Made by a program: the position numbers and the translations under genes. DNA of 64,000 nucleotides from the human T2T-CHM13v2.0 reference genome, Homo sapiens. A model generated the notes under the pieces. It had not been told where the DNA came from, ran no database searches, and worked only from the letters and a program-made list of their open reading frames with translations. Shown here piece by piece: positions 63,125 to 64,000 of the stretch (positions are counted from its first letter, which is position 1; each line of letters begins with the position of its first letter). The stretch lies in NCBI RefSeq assembly GCF_009914755.1, contig NC_060927.1. The stretch is one strand, 5' to 3'.

Positions 63125-63490
63125 CTGCCTCGTATATGCAAATGTGAAAGCTTCTTAGGCAAAGGGAATGCACAGGGGCGAGGGAGGTGCAGTCACACAC
63201 AGCCGACTTTGGTACAAATATGCCTTATCTGTATTCCAGAGCTTTCAGAATATTCACCGGAATTAGTAATTGGTAATCAGCAACTTTCGGCTACTTTACA
63301 TTCAGGGAGGCGGCCAGACCAAGTGAGTAGCAGGCATCAGATTAGATCACTAGCTATATTGTTCGGGTTGATTTTAATTGCCTGAAAAGTGTCATTACCA
63401 TCTTCTGCAATGCATTAAGTTATTTTAAAAGTGACTATTTCTATGCAAGAAATAAAATGAACTGCGATTGAGTTAGAACCTGCATGAAGC
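63125..63490. promoter_or_regulatory. Candidate non-coding regulatory element (enhancer-like)
   Basis: Unique non-TE sequence; perfect octamer ATGCAAAT at 63136-63143; clustered homeodomain cores (AATTAG, TAATTG, TAATCA, TTTTAATTG); about 8 retained CpGs in ~350 bp. Conservation not checked. Confidence 0.35.
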
Positions 63491-64000
63491 ATTCAGTTGG
63501 GGCCCTGCCCTAGTGGCATCAAAATCCTGCCCAAGCCTGACCACACTGATAAACAAACATATTTGCTATCTGCAGAACTTTTCAAACGTAGCATGGGGAA
63601 GTCAACACAGATTCCCAAACCAAAGACACAGAGAACCACCCAAATGTTATATCCTGGCTTATAAAATCCCAAGACTTCCATTTCCATACAGGCATCTGCA
63701 AGGTAAAGGAGTTCATGATATTTAAGAACAAGACAAATATTTGCATGGAAAAAGATCCATGGAAGTGGAATTTTTCAATGCTAGAACACAGTTGCAAAAT
63801 TATCACATTAGTGTATGCTGACATGGAAATGTCACCTCTCAGGACATTTGTTCTTTAAGTTAAAATCCTAGAAACATGAACCTCTACATGGGATAAAACC
63901 GTGTAGGGCTATACACATATTCATGAAATCAGGTTTAAAAAATGATGACAACTGAATAAGGTCTGCAGTCTAGTTAACAGTAATGTACCAATGTCAATTT

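Overview
Primate (human-like) genomic DNA dominated by transposable elements: Alu J/S/Y, L1 from ancient L1ME/MC/MB/MA to hominoid L1PA3, ERVL/MaLR LTRs, L2, MIR and hAT/Tigger DNA transposons. I find no supportable host protein-coding exon, RNA gene or CpG-island promoter. The long ORFs are L1 ORF2 fragments or Alu read-throughs, so the window reads as intronic or intergenic. Main structures: (1) a decayed ERV-L provirus (RT-RNaseH-IN-dUTPase-PPT-LTR16C, 4878-14386) split by a multi-level nest of later insertions; (2) two twin-primed L1PA3 copies about 4 kb apart whose inverted 3' arms share about 9 apparently private substitutions, including the same ORF2 stop codon, suggesting ectopic gene conversion and a candidate inversion hotspot; (3) repeats not explained by any TE I recognise: a ~70-bp inverted repeat with a 23-bp perfect core bracketing 1.1 kb of unique sequence (18199-19446), a near-perfect 43-bp-arm AT-rich palindrome (56993-57151), a 25-bp hairpin (30507-30563) and a 67-bp direct repeat (23710/24548). 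Subfamily names and consensus comparisons are from memory, not from a database search, and boundaries of old elements are approximate.
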